The notes below the pieces were generated by a model. The model searched no databases. It saw only the letters and a program-made list of their open reading frames with translations, and was not told the origin of the DNA. Positions 11,617-21,224 of a DNA stretch of 64,000 nt are shown here, piece after piece. Position numbers and translations under genes: made by a program. Positions within the stretch are counted from its first letter, which is position 1; the number at the start of each line of letters is the position of its first letter. The stretch comes from Ahniella sp. (lineage in GTDB: Bacteria; Pseudomonadota; Gammaproteobacteria; Xanthomonadales; Ahniellaceae), in NCBI GenBank assembly GCA_016712105.1, contig JADJRU010000027.1, forward strand, positions 1 through 64,000. Direction: 5' to 3'.

Positions 11617-12447
11617 GTGGATTCAGGTTTGATTCGTTTCGACTTCGCGATGCTGATGGTGTTGCTGGCGGCCTTCACCGGCATCGTCTGGGGCATCGAC
11701 AAGCTGTTCTTCGAGAAGCGTCGGCGTCGATTGGGTGAGTTCGCGCAGGAACCGACTCTGGTCGAATACTGCCGTTCCTTCTTCCCGGTGATCTTTGTCG
11801 TCTTGTTCTTGCGTTCGTTCATTGCCGAACCGTTCCGGATTCCATCCAGTTCGATGATGCCGACCCTTTTGATCGGCGATTTTATCCTGGTCAACAAGTT
11901 TTCCTATGGCGTGCGCTTGCCGGTACTGAATGCCAAAGTGATCGAAGTCGGCAAGCCGAAGCGCGGTGACGTGGTGGTGTTCAAGTATCCAGGTCGTGGT
12001 CGGGAAGACCCGAAACGTGGCGAGGACTACATCAAACGCGTCATCGGACTGCCCGGTGACACCGTCGAGTACCGTGAAAAGACGGTCTACATCAATGGCG
12101 AACCGGTTGCCTAGGTGGCGCCGGAGTCCTACGTCGGGGTTGGGTCCGGTGCCAACATGACCGGCGCGCAGCAGCGCTCGGAACTGCTGCCGGGCATCGA
12201 ACACGACATTCTGGTGAACCCGGAGAACTGGTCGACGATGAACGCCGGTCCGTTCACGGTCGGCGCGAATCAATATTTTGTGATGGGTGACAACCGGGAC
12301 CATAGTGACGACAGCCGGTTTTGGGGTATGGTTCCGGAAGAAAATCTGGTCGGTCGTGCGTTCTTTGTCTGGATGAACTGGGACACCCAGAACGGCGGCA
12401 TTGAGTTCGATCGGATCGGCACGATCATCAAAGGAGGCGAATCATGA
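11617..12447 (+). CDS. lepB: signal peptidase I (LepB) with an in-frame TAG at 12112-12114
   Basis: ORF 11617..12114 (SSSMMPTLLIGDFILVNKFSYG, Ser box) and in-frame ORF 12115..12447 (GDNRDHSDDSRFWGMVPEENLVGRA, Lys box) are separated only by a TAG; same frame. Confidence 0.85.
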
Positions 12448-12839
12448 AATCTGTTGCGCGTATCCGTGGTTTGAGTTTTTTCGGTTTTATCATCGTGCTC
12501 GCGGTGGCAGGTTTTTTTGCCTATATCGGCATGCGTATCGGCCCGGCTTACATCGAGTATTACAACGTCGTGAAGGCGATGAAGGGTGTGGCGAACGAAC
12601 CGGCAGCGGTGAATTGGCCTGTTACGCAGGTCTGGTCCGAACTCGAGAAAAAGATGTACATCAACTATGTCGACCGAAAGTCGGTCCCCAAGAGCGCATT
12701 CGATATCAAGCGCAAGGGCTTGTCGATGACGATCAAGGTCAAATACGAAAGGCGCGACAAGTTGCTGTACAACCTCGACTACATAGCCAGCTTTGAAAAG
12801 CAGGTCGAAGTCGGCGGTCGCCTGGCTGCAACGGACTGA
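12444..12839 (+). CDS. DUF4845-family small membrane-anchored protein (conserved between lepB and rnc)
   Basis: MKSVARIRGLSFFGFIIVLAVAGFFAYIG..; conserved position between lepB and rnc in Pseudomonas/Xanthomonas-type clusters. Confidence 0.7.
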   Translation: MKSVARIRGLSFFGFIIVLAVAGFFAYIGMRIGPAYIEYYNVVKAMKGVANEPAAVNWPVTQVWSELEKKMYINYVDRKSVPKSAFDIKRKGLSMTIKVKYERRDKLLYNLDYIASFEKQVEVGGRLAATD

Positions 12840-13471
12840 TGGATCCGCAGGTCGCCCGGCAGGCACTGACACATCGCAGTGCTGGCTCGCGCAACAACGA
12901 GCGCCTGGAGTTTCTCGGTGATGCGCTGGTCAACTTTGTCGTAGCGGACGAGTTGTATCGTCAGTTTCCGCAGGTCGACGAAGGAACGCTGACACGCATG
13001 CGTGCTGCGCTGGTGCGTGAAAGCGCACTCGCGGAGCTCGCGCGCGAGTTGAATCTGGGCGAACAGCTGATTCTCGGGCCCGGCGAAATGAAGAGCGGCG
13101 GTCATCGTCGCGATTCCATCCTCGCCGATGCGGTCGAAGCGCTGGCTGCCGCCACATATGTTCAGGACGGCATGGAGCCGGCATTGGCACTCGTGCGCAA
13201 CTGGTTTGCGCCGCGGGTCCTTGCGCTTGATCCAAAATGGCACGGCAAGGATGGCAAAACCCGTTTGCAGGAGTGGGTTCAGGGCCGAGGTCTTGATCTG
13301 CCTGCTTACCAATTGGTCAGCGCCGACGGTCCCGAGCACGCCAAGACATTTGTCGTCAGTTGTGAAGTGGCGGGCCTGTCGCTCACCAAACAGGCCTCCG
13401 GGCACAGTCGAAAACTCGCAGAAACCCGTGCCGCCGAATCGGTGCTGGCGGAACTGGAATCCAGAAAATGA
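12839..13471 (+). CDS. rnc: ribonuclease III
   Basis: ALTHRSAGSRNNERLEFLGDALVNFVVADELY..; C-terminal dsRBD; short N-terminus (upstream in-frame stop). Confidence 0.9.
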   Translation: MDPQVARQALTHRSAGSRNNERLEFLGDALVNFVVADELYRQFPQVDEGTLTRMRAALVRESALAELARELNLGEQLILGPGEMKSGGHRRDSILADAVEALAAATYVQDGMEPALALVRNWFAPRVLALDPKWHGKDGKTRLQEWVQGRGLDLPAYQLVSADGPEHAKTFVVSCEVAGLSLTKQASGHSRKLAETRAAESVLAELESRK

Positions 13472-14363
13472 ACGACGTCAGGAAATTTGCCCGAGTGGCA
13501 GTGTTGGGCCGGCCCAATGTCGGCAAATCGACATTGTTGAATCGGTTGCTCGGCACGAAGCTCAGCATCACCGCGGGCAAGCCTCAAACGACGCGCCACC
13601 AGATTCTGGGCGTGCTCACGGAAGGTATGACGCAACTCGCAGTCATCGACACGCCAGGGATTCACCAGTCGGCGACCCGGGCCTTGAATCGGTCATTGAA
13701 CCGCGCTGCACGCGCTGCTCTGGAAGAGGCCGACATTCTGGTCTGGGTGATCGATGCGACCCGCTTCACTGCCGAAGACGAATTGGTGGCAGGGCTGATC
13801 CGCGATGCCGGCAAGCCATTGGTGATCGTGCTGAACAAGATCGACCGGATTCCCGACAAATCGACTCTTTTCCCGCGGCTTGAGCAGTTGTCGAAGGACT
13901 TTTCGCCGAAGTCGATCGTGCCTTACTCGGCACTGAAGGAACGAACCGGAGCCCGCGTGATTGGCGAGTTGGTCAAGCTCGCGAATCCGGGTGAATTCGT
14001 GTTCGAAGAAGATGACCTGACCGATCGCAGCGAACGTTTCCTGGCGGCCGAACGGGTGCGCGAGCAGGTTGTTCGGCTGTTGCGCGACGAGTTGCCGTTT
14101 TCGACGACCGTGGAAATCGAGGCCTTCGAGCGCGAAGGCAATCTGGTGCGATTGCGGCCGTCATCTGGGTCGAACGTGACGGCCAGAAAGCGATTGTCAT
14201 TGGTCGCGGCGGTGAACAACTCAAGCAGATCGGCACGCAGGCACGTATGAGTCTCGAGAAATTCCTCGATTGCAAGGTGCACCTGGAAACCTGGGTTCGC
14301 GTTCGCGAAAACTGGAGTGACGACGAGCGCGCCTTGCGCTCGCTGGGTGTCGACGAGGGCTGA
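13468..14363 (+). CDS. era: GTPase Era; one apparent 1-nt deletion about 14165-14175
   Basis: [44 protein letters not shown]; the KH-domain C-terminus continues in a shifted frame ([42 protein letters not shown]). Confidence 0.9.
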
Positions 14364-15067
14364 TGCAGCGCCCGCAGCACGCTCTGGCGGTGACGCTGCA
14401 TGTGCGGCCCTACCGCGAAACCAGCGTGCTGCTTGACCTGTGGTTGCGCGAACAAGGGCGCTTCAGCGCGGTAGCACGTGGGGTGCGCGCCGCCGGCAAG
14501 GCGCGCCGTTTTGCCGAACTCGGTCCCCTGGCGCTGAATCTTCTGGAGTTGGCAGGCACGGGGTCCGTGCTGAGTCTCCGCAGCCATGATACCCAACGAC
14601 AGTTTCCGCTGGCCGGGCCAATGGGCTTGCGATCAGCGCTTTACCTCAACGAGTTGCTGCTGCGCTTGTTGCCGGAACACGATCCGCATCCCGACCTGTT
14701 CGATCGATACGTTCAGATGCTCGCCGAGTGGTCGGCAAGGCCCCAATCGACAGCGGCTGACTACGCGACGAGCCTTCGTTTGTTCGAATGTGCGCTGCTG
14801 GAAGAAATTGGGTACGGGCTGGTCTGGGAACAGACGATCGACGGCGACCCGGTATTGCCTGACGTGTCCTACCAAGTCGATCCGGAGCAAGGTGTTGTCG
14901 CTACACGGCGCGGTCTCGATTGGCCGACAATCGATGGTGCCGCGCTGCTGGCCTTGTCGACCGGCGAGCCGGACGCCAGGCTCGCCAGCAAGGCGTTACG
15001 TGACTTGATGCGCGGCATTCTGAGGTTCCGGCTCGGCGGACGCATGTTGCGCGCGTGGGTCCAGTAG
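14363..15067 (+). CDS. recO: DNA repair protein RecO
   Basis: ALAVTLHVRPYRETSVLLDLWLREQGRFSAVARG..; ATG overlaps the era stop (TGATG). Confidence 0.85.
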   Translation: MQRPQHALAVTLHVRPYRETSVLLDLWLREQGRFSAVARGVRAAGKARRFAELGPLALNLLELAGTGSVLSLRSHDTQRQFPLAGPMGLRSALYLNELLLRLLPEHDPHPDLFDRYVQMLAEWSARPQSTAADYATSLRLFECALLEEIGYGLVWEQTIDGDPVLPDVSYQVDPEQGVVATRRGLDWPTIDGAALLALSTGEPDARLASKALRDLMRGILRFRLGGRMLRAWVQ

Positions 15068-15074
15068 CGTTGGG

Positions 15075-15791
15075 TTAACGACTGCGCGTGCGCGCCCGCG
15101 GCAACGTCAGCAGGCAGCGATCGATCTCGGTCAGGACCCGGCCAACCCGTGATGGGCTGGCCTGAGCCTGCACCGCGAGCACGGCCTCGTGCAAAGCCGC
15201 TGCCCCGGTAAAGCCTGCAGCCGACAACAATCGATGGAGCAGGGCACTCAGCGCCACTTGGTCGGCTTCGGCCAGGTGCATGCGCAGCCGATCCCGGTAA
15301 ACAGGCAGTTCGTCGACCAGGAGTGCGCGCAGGGCTTCCACGGCCGCGGTGTTGCCAAGAGCCCGTTCGGCCGCGACGTCGTCGAAAATCGGCGCCGCGC
15401 TGTCGAGGCCGGGTTCGTCGGGATCCTGGTTCGGTTGTTGCTCGGGTCGGCCTAGCGCTTGTTCCAGATCTTCCCGCGAACACGGTTTTGCCATCGTCGC
15501 CGAGAATCCGGCGCGTAGCGCCTGGTCGCGTTTCCGGGGTGTCCATTCGGCACTGCTGGCGACCATATGGCCGATTTGTGCCGCATGTCGCGCCGGCAAA
15601 TCGAGGCCGCTGCCGTCCGGCAACTCCAGATCGATCAATGCTGCGAGGAAACGATCCGGGCCGGCGAGGCATCTGGAGGCATCGCCAAGGTTGGCTGCAA
15701 CAACGGGTTCCCAGCCCAATGCACGCAATTGTGTGGACAACACTTCGCGGGTAATCAGGTCGTCTTCAACGAGCAGGATGGATCGGTTCAT
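15075..15791 (-). CDS. response-regulator receiver (REC) domain protein with C-terminal Hpt-like domain
   Basis: MNRSILLVEDDLITREVLSTQLRALGWEPVVAANLGDA..DLELPDGSG; C-terminal helical ..ALSALLHRLLSAAGFTGAAALHEA (Hpt-like). Confidence 0.65.
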   Translation of the reverse strand: MNRSILLVEDDLITREVLSTQLRALGWEPVVAANLGDASRCLAGPDRFLAALIDLELPDGSGLDLPARHAAQIGHMVASSAEWTPRKRDQALRAGFSATMAKPCSREDLEQALGRPEQQPNQDPDEPGLDSAAPIFDDVAAERALGNTAAVEALRALLVDELPVYRDRLRMHLAEADQVALSALLHRLLSAAGFTGAAALHEAVLAVQAQASPSRVGRVLTEIDRCLLTLPRARTRSR

Positions 15792-15825
15792 GTGGACGGT
15801 GGTCATTCGCTGGCAAGATTAGCAA

Positions 15826-17716
15826 ATGCGTTCCCTTTTGCTCTCGATTCTTTGTTTCGTTTCGTGCCCTGCGCACAGTGCCGTGATTTCGGCCGAACGG
15901 ATTTCGGTCAGCGGCGCCCGCTTGGACGGAATTCGCTGGCAAATCGACAGAAACGCCCACCAGATCGATATTGAACGCCTGCGGTATGAAGATCTTGCCC
16001 TGGATGGGCGATCCATCAAGGTTGTTTGCGGCGTCACGGAAGGTCCGCGCTGCAGTGGCACCGTGAAAGGGAAATCCTGGCCCCGGTTCGAGTTGTCGGC
16101 GCAATGGCCTGAACAGACCGTAAGCCTGACCTGGCCGGACGGCGAACTCCGGCTCGGTTTGCCGGAAGCCGGTCTGGCGATCCATGCTGTCGGCGTGCCC
16201 TTGGCCTGGTTGAAACCCCGCGCCAATCAAAGCTGGGCCGGCTTGGCCGCTCTGGAAGGGCAACTGGATCTTGAGTTATTGATCGCCGAGCCGGATTGGC
16301 AGGGCGAATGGAAAGCGAGGGCGCTGTCTTTCGATCAGGACGACGGACAAATCGCCGGAGCCGGCATCGACGCGGGTGGGACAATTCTGTACCAGGTGCC
16401 CTCTGGAACCTTCGGCGTGGATGCGACTCTGGCCCGCGGGGAGTTGCTCGTCGGGCCGTTGTATCGACAGATCGGTCCGCCAGCTGAATATTGCCGCGAC
16501 CGTGGATCTTTCCGGGCCAGCGCTGATTCTGGATCGATTGGCGATTGATGAAGGCAAACACCTGGCCTTGATTGCCGCCGCGCAGTTTGATCCGGACGGC
16601 GAGCCGGTTCGTATCGAACTCGAACGGCTTGAATTGTCGTGGCCGGAGGCGCAGCCCTGGATTGACCCGATTCTGTCGAGCGCAGGTTATCCGGGTTTGT
16701 TGCTCGATGGGGCGGCCAAACTGTCCGGAACGTGGTTGCCGGGTGGCTGGCAACTGGGCGAAGCGGCGCTGTCGGATTTGTCGGTGACGGATCCGCAGGG
16801 TCGTGTCGAGGTCAGTGGATTGACCCTTGCAGCCCATCTGGGCGACACGGCACCGGCCAGCAAGCTCCATTGGGAATCCCTCAAGATGTTTGGTTTGCCG
16901 GTCTCGGCCGGGCAATTCGATTGGCAATGGCAGCCGCAGCGGCTCGCCCAACTCGGCGAAACGCGAGTGGCGCTGCTGGGTGGCACCTTGGGGTTGTCCG
17001 GTCTGACGCGTGTGTCGGGTCGTTGGCAAGGCAGTCTGGCGATTGACCAGCTCGATTTCGCGGCTTTGAGCGAACGGTTCGGCTGGCCGGCTTTTGGCGG
17101 GCAGATCAGTGCCAATCTGGCCAATTTCGACTTGCATGATGGTCAGATCGATCTGCCCGGCGAGATCCTCGTGCGCGCGTTCGATGGCGAAATCGGCATC
17201 AAGAATCTTGCCACTGAGCGACTGCTGGGGGACTCGCCAGCGTTGGCCGCGGATGTGCGCATGAACGACCTGGACTTGAGCCAGGTCACGGCAGCCATGT
17301 CTTTCGGTGAAATCCAGGGGCGCATGGATGGATACATCAACGGCCTGCGTCTGCTCGACTGGTCGCCCATCGCCTTCGACGCCCGTCTGCAGAGTGAACG
17401 AAAGGCGGGCGTCAAGCAGCGCATCAGCCGGCGTGCCGTCGAGGGGCTGTCACGCATTGGCGGGGCGGGTCTGAACAACGCTTTGGTCGGTCTGGTGGAC
17501 TCTTTCGGTTATGCCGATCTCGGAATTGCCTGCCGACTGAAGGAAGACGTTTGCGCGATGGACGGCGTCGATTCAGACGGGCGCGGGTATACCATCGTGA
17601 AGGGCAGCGGCATTCCACGACTGACCGTCAACGGTTACCAGCGCAAGGTTGATTGGCCGGTGATGGTTCGACGACTCAAGGCGGCGGCAAGTGGCAGCGG
17701 TCCCATCATTGACTAG
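15826..17716 (+). CDS. ydbH: YdbH-family (AsmA-like) protein; one apparent frameshift about 16470-16490
   Basis: ORFs 15826..16548 and 16376..17716 are one gene; C-terminus GEIQGRMDGYINGLRLLDWSPIAFDARL..GYTIVKGSGIPRLTVNGYQRKVDWP; followed by YnbE/YdbL homologues as in the E. coli ydbH-ynbE-ydbL operon. Confidence 0.7.
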
Positions 17717-17725
17717 GAGCAGGAC

Positions 17726-18283
17726 ATGGCAATTGTTCGTTGGGCAGGAATGGCACTGATGGCGCTGATGTTGGCGGCTTGTGTCACCGTGAACGTCTAC
17801 TTCCCGGAAGCCGAGATCGAGGACGCCGCCAAGGAGTTCGTCGATGAAGTGATCGGTGAACAGCCGCAAGGCACGGCACCGCAAGCCATGAACTGGCGAC
17901 TGGCGTTGGTGACGCAGGCGTATGCCGCGGCCGACGTGACCATCCAATCACCCGCCATCAAGACCATCCAGTCGAGAATGGCCACCCGATTCCAGGACAA
18001 GCTTGCAGCACACTTTGATTCGGGTGCATTGGGATTCAAGCGGGACGGCACGATCGAAGTGCGTGACCTCGCGAAAGTGCCCCTGTCCGAGCGCAGCGGG
18101 CTCAAGCAGTGGGTGGCTGAGGACAATCGCGATCGCGATGCCGTGTATCGCGAAATTGCCGTGGCCAATGAACATCCCGAGTGGGAGCCCGAAATTCGCA
18201 CCACCTTTGCCGAACAGTGGATCAGTCAGGCGCGGAAAGGTTGGTATTTCCAGGCCGCCGACGGCACCTGGAAGCAGAAATAG
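17726..18283 (+). CDS. fused YnbE-like lipoprotein / YdbL-like (DUF1318) protein
   Basis: N-terminus MALMLAACVTVNVYFPEAEIEDAAKEF (lipobox, YnbE-like); C-terminus LKQWVAEDNRDRDAVYREIAVANEHPEWEPEIRTTFAEQWISQARKGWYF (DUF1318/YdbL hallmark); single 185-aa ORF. Confidence 0.65.
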   Translation: MAIVRWAGMALMALMLAACVTVNVYFPEAEIEDAAKEFVDEVIGEQPQGTAPQAMNWRLALVTQAYAAADVTIQSPAIKTIQSRMATRFQDKLAAHFDSGALGFKRDGTIEVRDLAKVPLSERSGLKQWVAEDNRDRDAVYREIAVANEHPEWEPEIRTTFAEQWISQARKGWYFQAADGTWKQK

Positions 18284-18448
18284 CCCGGAATCTGCCGAAT
18301 TACCCGAGCAATTGCACTCAACCTGCGAATTGTGCTTGCTTTTTGTCTGAATAGGCGCATACTTGGCCCGTGCAGCCCCGGATCGCCCGAACAGGATCTC
18401 CCGTGCGGTGTGCACGGATATTCGTGTTCTCAAGAGGTTTAAAGTTAA

Positions 18449-18655
18449 ATGCGTACCGGTACGGTTAAATGGTTCAACGATGCCAAGGGCTTTGGTTTCA
18501 TCGCCCCTGATGACGGCGGCGAAGATGTGTTTGTGCACTTCTCCGCTATTACTGCGAAGGGTTTCCGCTCGCTCCAAGAAGGTCAGAAAGTGTCCTTCGA
18601 CGTGACGACGGGTCCGAAAGGCCTGCAGGCCTCGGGCGTTGCGGTCCTTAAGTGA
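18449..18655 (+). CDS. cspA: cold-shock protein (CspA family)
   Basis: [34 protein letters not shown]..; long 5' UTR upstream. Confidence 0.95.
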   Translation: MRTGTVKWFNDAKGFGFIAPDDGGEDVFVHFSAITAKGFRSLQEGQKVSFDVTTGPKGLQASGVAVLK

Positions 18656-18677
18656 CCGACAGTCCTAAGTAGTGCAG

Positions 18678-18776
18678 AACCCCGCCTCGGCGGGGTTTTG
18701 TTTTTCAGGTGTACGCCCCGCCTCGGCGGGGTTTTGTTTTTCAGGTGTAAAACCCCGCCGCGGCGGGGTTTTTGGT
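18678..18776 (+). terminator. three tandem rho-independent terminator hairpins (about 35-nt unit duplicated, then a variant)
   Basis: aaccccgcctcggcggggttttgtttttcaggtgta, then cgccccgcctcggcggggttttgtttttcaggtgta, then aaaccccgccgcggcggggttttt. Confidence 0.8.
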
Positions 18777-18782
18777 CTATGG

Positions 18783-19312
18783 CAACGCCAAAATCGCGAA
18801 ACCAAAGTGTTTGCCTGAACCCCTCCCAGCCCTCTCCGAACCGCCGATGCGCGAGGATGACGAGCGGAGGGGCCGGCGAAACCGGGCTTCTGAACGTTCG
18901 TGCCACACACCAAAAGTCCGTCATTCCCGCGAAAGCGGAAACCACTCCAGTGCCACTACCCAAACCTGGTCGCAACGAGTGGATCCCCGCTTGGCGCGGG
19001 GATGACGGTTGGAGGGGCCGTGCGCGCGGGTGACGAGCGGAGGGGCCGTAACCGAAAAAGCGACAAGTAGCTTGAGAGTCACCGCAACGGGCAGGACTCG
19101 CGCTTCGAAATCGCTTCGCGGTTCCCCTGTGCGGTGGGAGCGGCTTCAGCCGCGATGCGACGTTGTCCAATTCGTGCAAGCCCTCCCCGATGTTCGGGGA
19201 GGGTTGGGAGGGGTTAGGCAAACACTTCGCCCTTGTGCTTCGCACAGCGAAGCATTAGGCAAACACTTGCCCTTGACACCCGCAAAGCGAAGCACAAGGA
19301 GCCGCCCCCAGG
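18783..19312. repeat. composite REP/MITE-like intergenic repeat locus 1 (modules A, D, B; internal duplication of ggcaaacacttgcccttg..gcgaagca)
   Basis: Shares modules with 36700..37232 (near-identical gatgacgagcggaggggccggcgaaa..gtccgtcattcccgcg.aagcgg.aaaccactc..; ..gggagcggcttcagccgcgatgcgacgttgtc..; gcaagccctccccgatgttcggggagggttgggaggggttaggcaaacacttcgcccttgtgcttcgca) and with 30468..30640. Confidence 0.8.
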
Positions 19313-19316
19313 GCAA

Positions 19317-19886
19317 TCAATCCAGCGACAGGATCCGCTCGCTGCGCTCGTGCCAGCCATCCGCACCCGGATTGAACATCGAGCAGCAAGTCATCGGCTT
19401 GGCATAAATATGCACGGACACAGCCAGATCCTTGTCGGACGCATTGCGAATGGTGTGGTACTCATGCGGCGGGATGAGGCTGCCGGCTGATCCGCGGCCC
19501 GCGACGATGGTGCCGCAGTTCTCGAACCGTACCCGCTCGCCATCGCGCTCACGGGGTTCGTACTGGGTGATTTCCAACGCGCCGCGCCAGACGCCTTCGA
19601 CGCACCAGAGGCCAGCATGGTCATGGATCAGCGTGCCTTGGCCGGGGCCCCAGGTCATGGCGATCACCGCATAATCGTGATCTTTGCTGCGGTAGAGCTC
19701 ACGACGGGCGTAATGTTCGCCGCAGCAGTCGAATACTTCGGTCGGCAATTCGATGTCCCGGTCCTGGATCATCGCGCACAGCGCGTTGCGAAGGGCCTTT
19801 GTGACCGACTGCGGACACGGGTTGGCGACCGCTTGGTCGATCAACGAGACAAAACGTTCGCGACCGGGGAAATGTTCGATGCTCAT
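19317..19886 (-). CDS. cysteine dioxygenase type I family cupin protein (3-His cupin)
   Basis: Cupin motifs GTLIHDHAGLWCVEGVWRG and GSLIPPHEYHTIRN; 27 nt downstream of metX on the same strand. Confidence 0.7.
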   Translation of the reverse strand: MSIEHFPGRERFVSLIDQAVANPCPQSVTKALRNALCAMIQDRDIELPTEVFDCCGEHYARRELYRSKDHDYAVIAMTWGPGQGTLIHDHAGLWCVEGVWRGALEITQYEPRERDGERVRFENCGTIVAGRGSAGSLIPPHEYHTIRNASDKDLAVSVHIYAKPMTCCSMFNPGADGWHERSERILSLD

Positions 19887-19913
19887 GGTTAGGATCCTGA
19901 CAGTACGTCCATC

Positions 19914-21002
19914 TTACAAACAGCCCAGGAAATCGGCGACAGGTGGCGCAAATCGTTCAAAATCGACAAGGAACGAGTCGTGCCCCTGGATACTGGGCAG
20001 CGCGAAGAAATCGACGACCGCGCCGGCACTGCGCAAACCTTCGGCGATTTCGCGCTGCTGCTCGATCGGGAACAGGATGTCGCTGGGCACACCAATCACC
20101 AGCGCACGTTTGACCTGCATCTGCCCCAGTGCGTTGTCGACGTCACCACCATGGTCGGCCAGGTCGAACCAGTCCATGGCACGTGACAGGTAGAGGTAAC
20201 AGTTCGGGTCAAAGCTGCCGACGAACCGGTCGGCGTGGGCGTCCAGATACGCTTCGACCTCGAACTCGCGTTCGAAAGCCCCTCGAGCCGGTTCGCTGAC
20301 CCGCTTGCGGCCGAAACGGCCTCGCCATTCGTGCGCCGAGCGGTACGTGACCATGCCCAGCTTGCGCGCCAGCCGGAAGCCTTGTTCCGGCCAAGCGTCG
20401 GCAGCGTAGCGCCCGTCCAGCCAGCGCGGGTCGCGCCGGATGCACTCGCGCTGCAAGGAGCGGATCGCCGTGGCGAACGGCAGTGAATGGGGCGCGGTCG
20501 AAATCAGCACCAGATTGGGTGCCATGCCCGGATACAGCACGGCAAACGCCAGACTGCTCATGCCGCCCATCGATGGCCCGACCAGGGCCCGCAGCCGGCT
20601 GATGCCCAAATGGCGGACCAGTTCATGCGCCGACACCGCAATGTCTTCGAGGCACAATTCCGGGTAGTCGAGCTGATAGGGCTTGCCAGTCCCCGGATTG
20701 ATCGACGCGGCACCGGTCGACCCCTTGCAACTACCCAGCGAATTGACGCAGATGATGAAGTAGCGATTGCTGTCGATCGCCTTGCCGGGGCCGATCATGG
20801 CCTCCCACCAGCCCGGCGACGGGTCCTCGGGGCTGGAAGCCGCGTGTGCGCTGGGGGACAGGCCCGTCAGGATCAGCAGGGCATTGTCGGCGCGTGCGTT
20901 CAGATTGCCCCAGGTTTCGTAGGCAAGATGGGCAGCATGCAGTGATCCGCCACGGTGCATGGCGAACGGTGAGGGCAGGGCAAAAAGTCGTGTGGCAGAC
21001 AT
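19914..21002 (-). CDS. metX: homoserine O-acyltransferase (MetX family, alpha/beta hydrolase)
   Basis: LAYETWGNLNARADNALLILTGLSPSAHAAS..GWWEAMIGPGKAIDSNRYFIICVNSLGSCKGSTG..GPSMGGMSSL; start at internal MSATRLF. Confidence 0.85.
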   Translation of the reverse strand: MSATRLFALPSPFAMHRGGSLHAAHLAYETWGNLNARADNALLILTGLSPSAHAASSPEDPSPGWWEAMIGPGKAIDSNRYFIICVNSLGSCKGSTGAASINPGTGKPYQLDYPELCLEDIAVSAHELVRHLGISRLRALVGPSMGGMSSLAFAVLYPGMAPNLVLISTAPHSLPFATAIRSLQRECIRRDPRWLDGRYAADAWPEQGFRLARKLGMVTYRSAHEWRGRFGRKRVSEPARGAFEREFEVEAYLDAHADRFVGSFDPNCYLYLSRAMDWFDLADHGGDVDNALGQMQVKRALVIGVPSDILFPIEQQREIAEGLRSAGAVVDFFALPSIQGHDSFLVDFERFAPPVADFLGCL

Positions 21003-21224
21003 AACGAAGTTTGAAGCTGAAGGGTGCGAGCTTATCGGCTGGCTTTCTCTGTCCGCAATGAGTCGCGGTGTCTGGCCCGGGAGCGAATCCGGGCGTGTAC
21101 CGGACTCGCTCCTCTTTGTGCGCACAGGACGTGCGCACAGGACGTGCGCACAAAGATGTGAATACCTCTGGCGCGATTCAGCCGGGTCGGGCTATAAGTT
21201 CGGTATGACTTGGAATGACAACCT

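Noticed and set aside
18583-19245. 220-aa and other ORFs spanning the repeat locus after cspA
   Set aside because: Lie entirely within hairpin-rich REP/MITE-like repeats shared with two other loci; translation is low-complexity; no start context.
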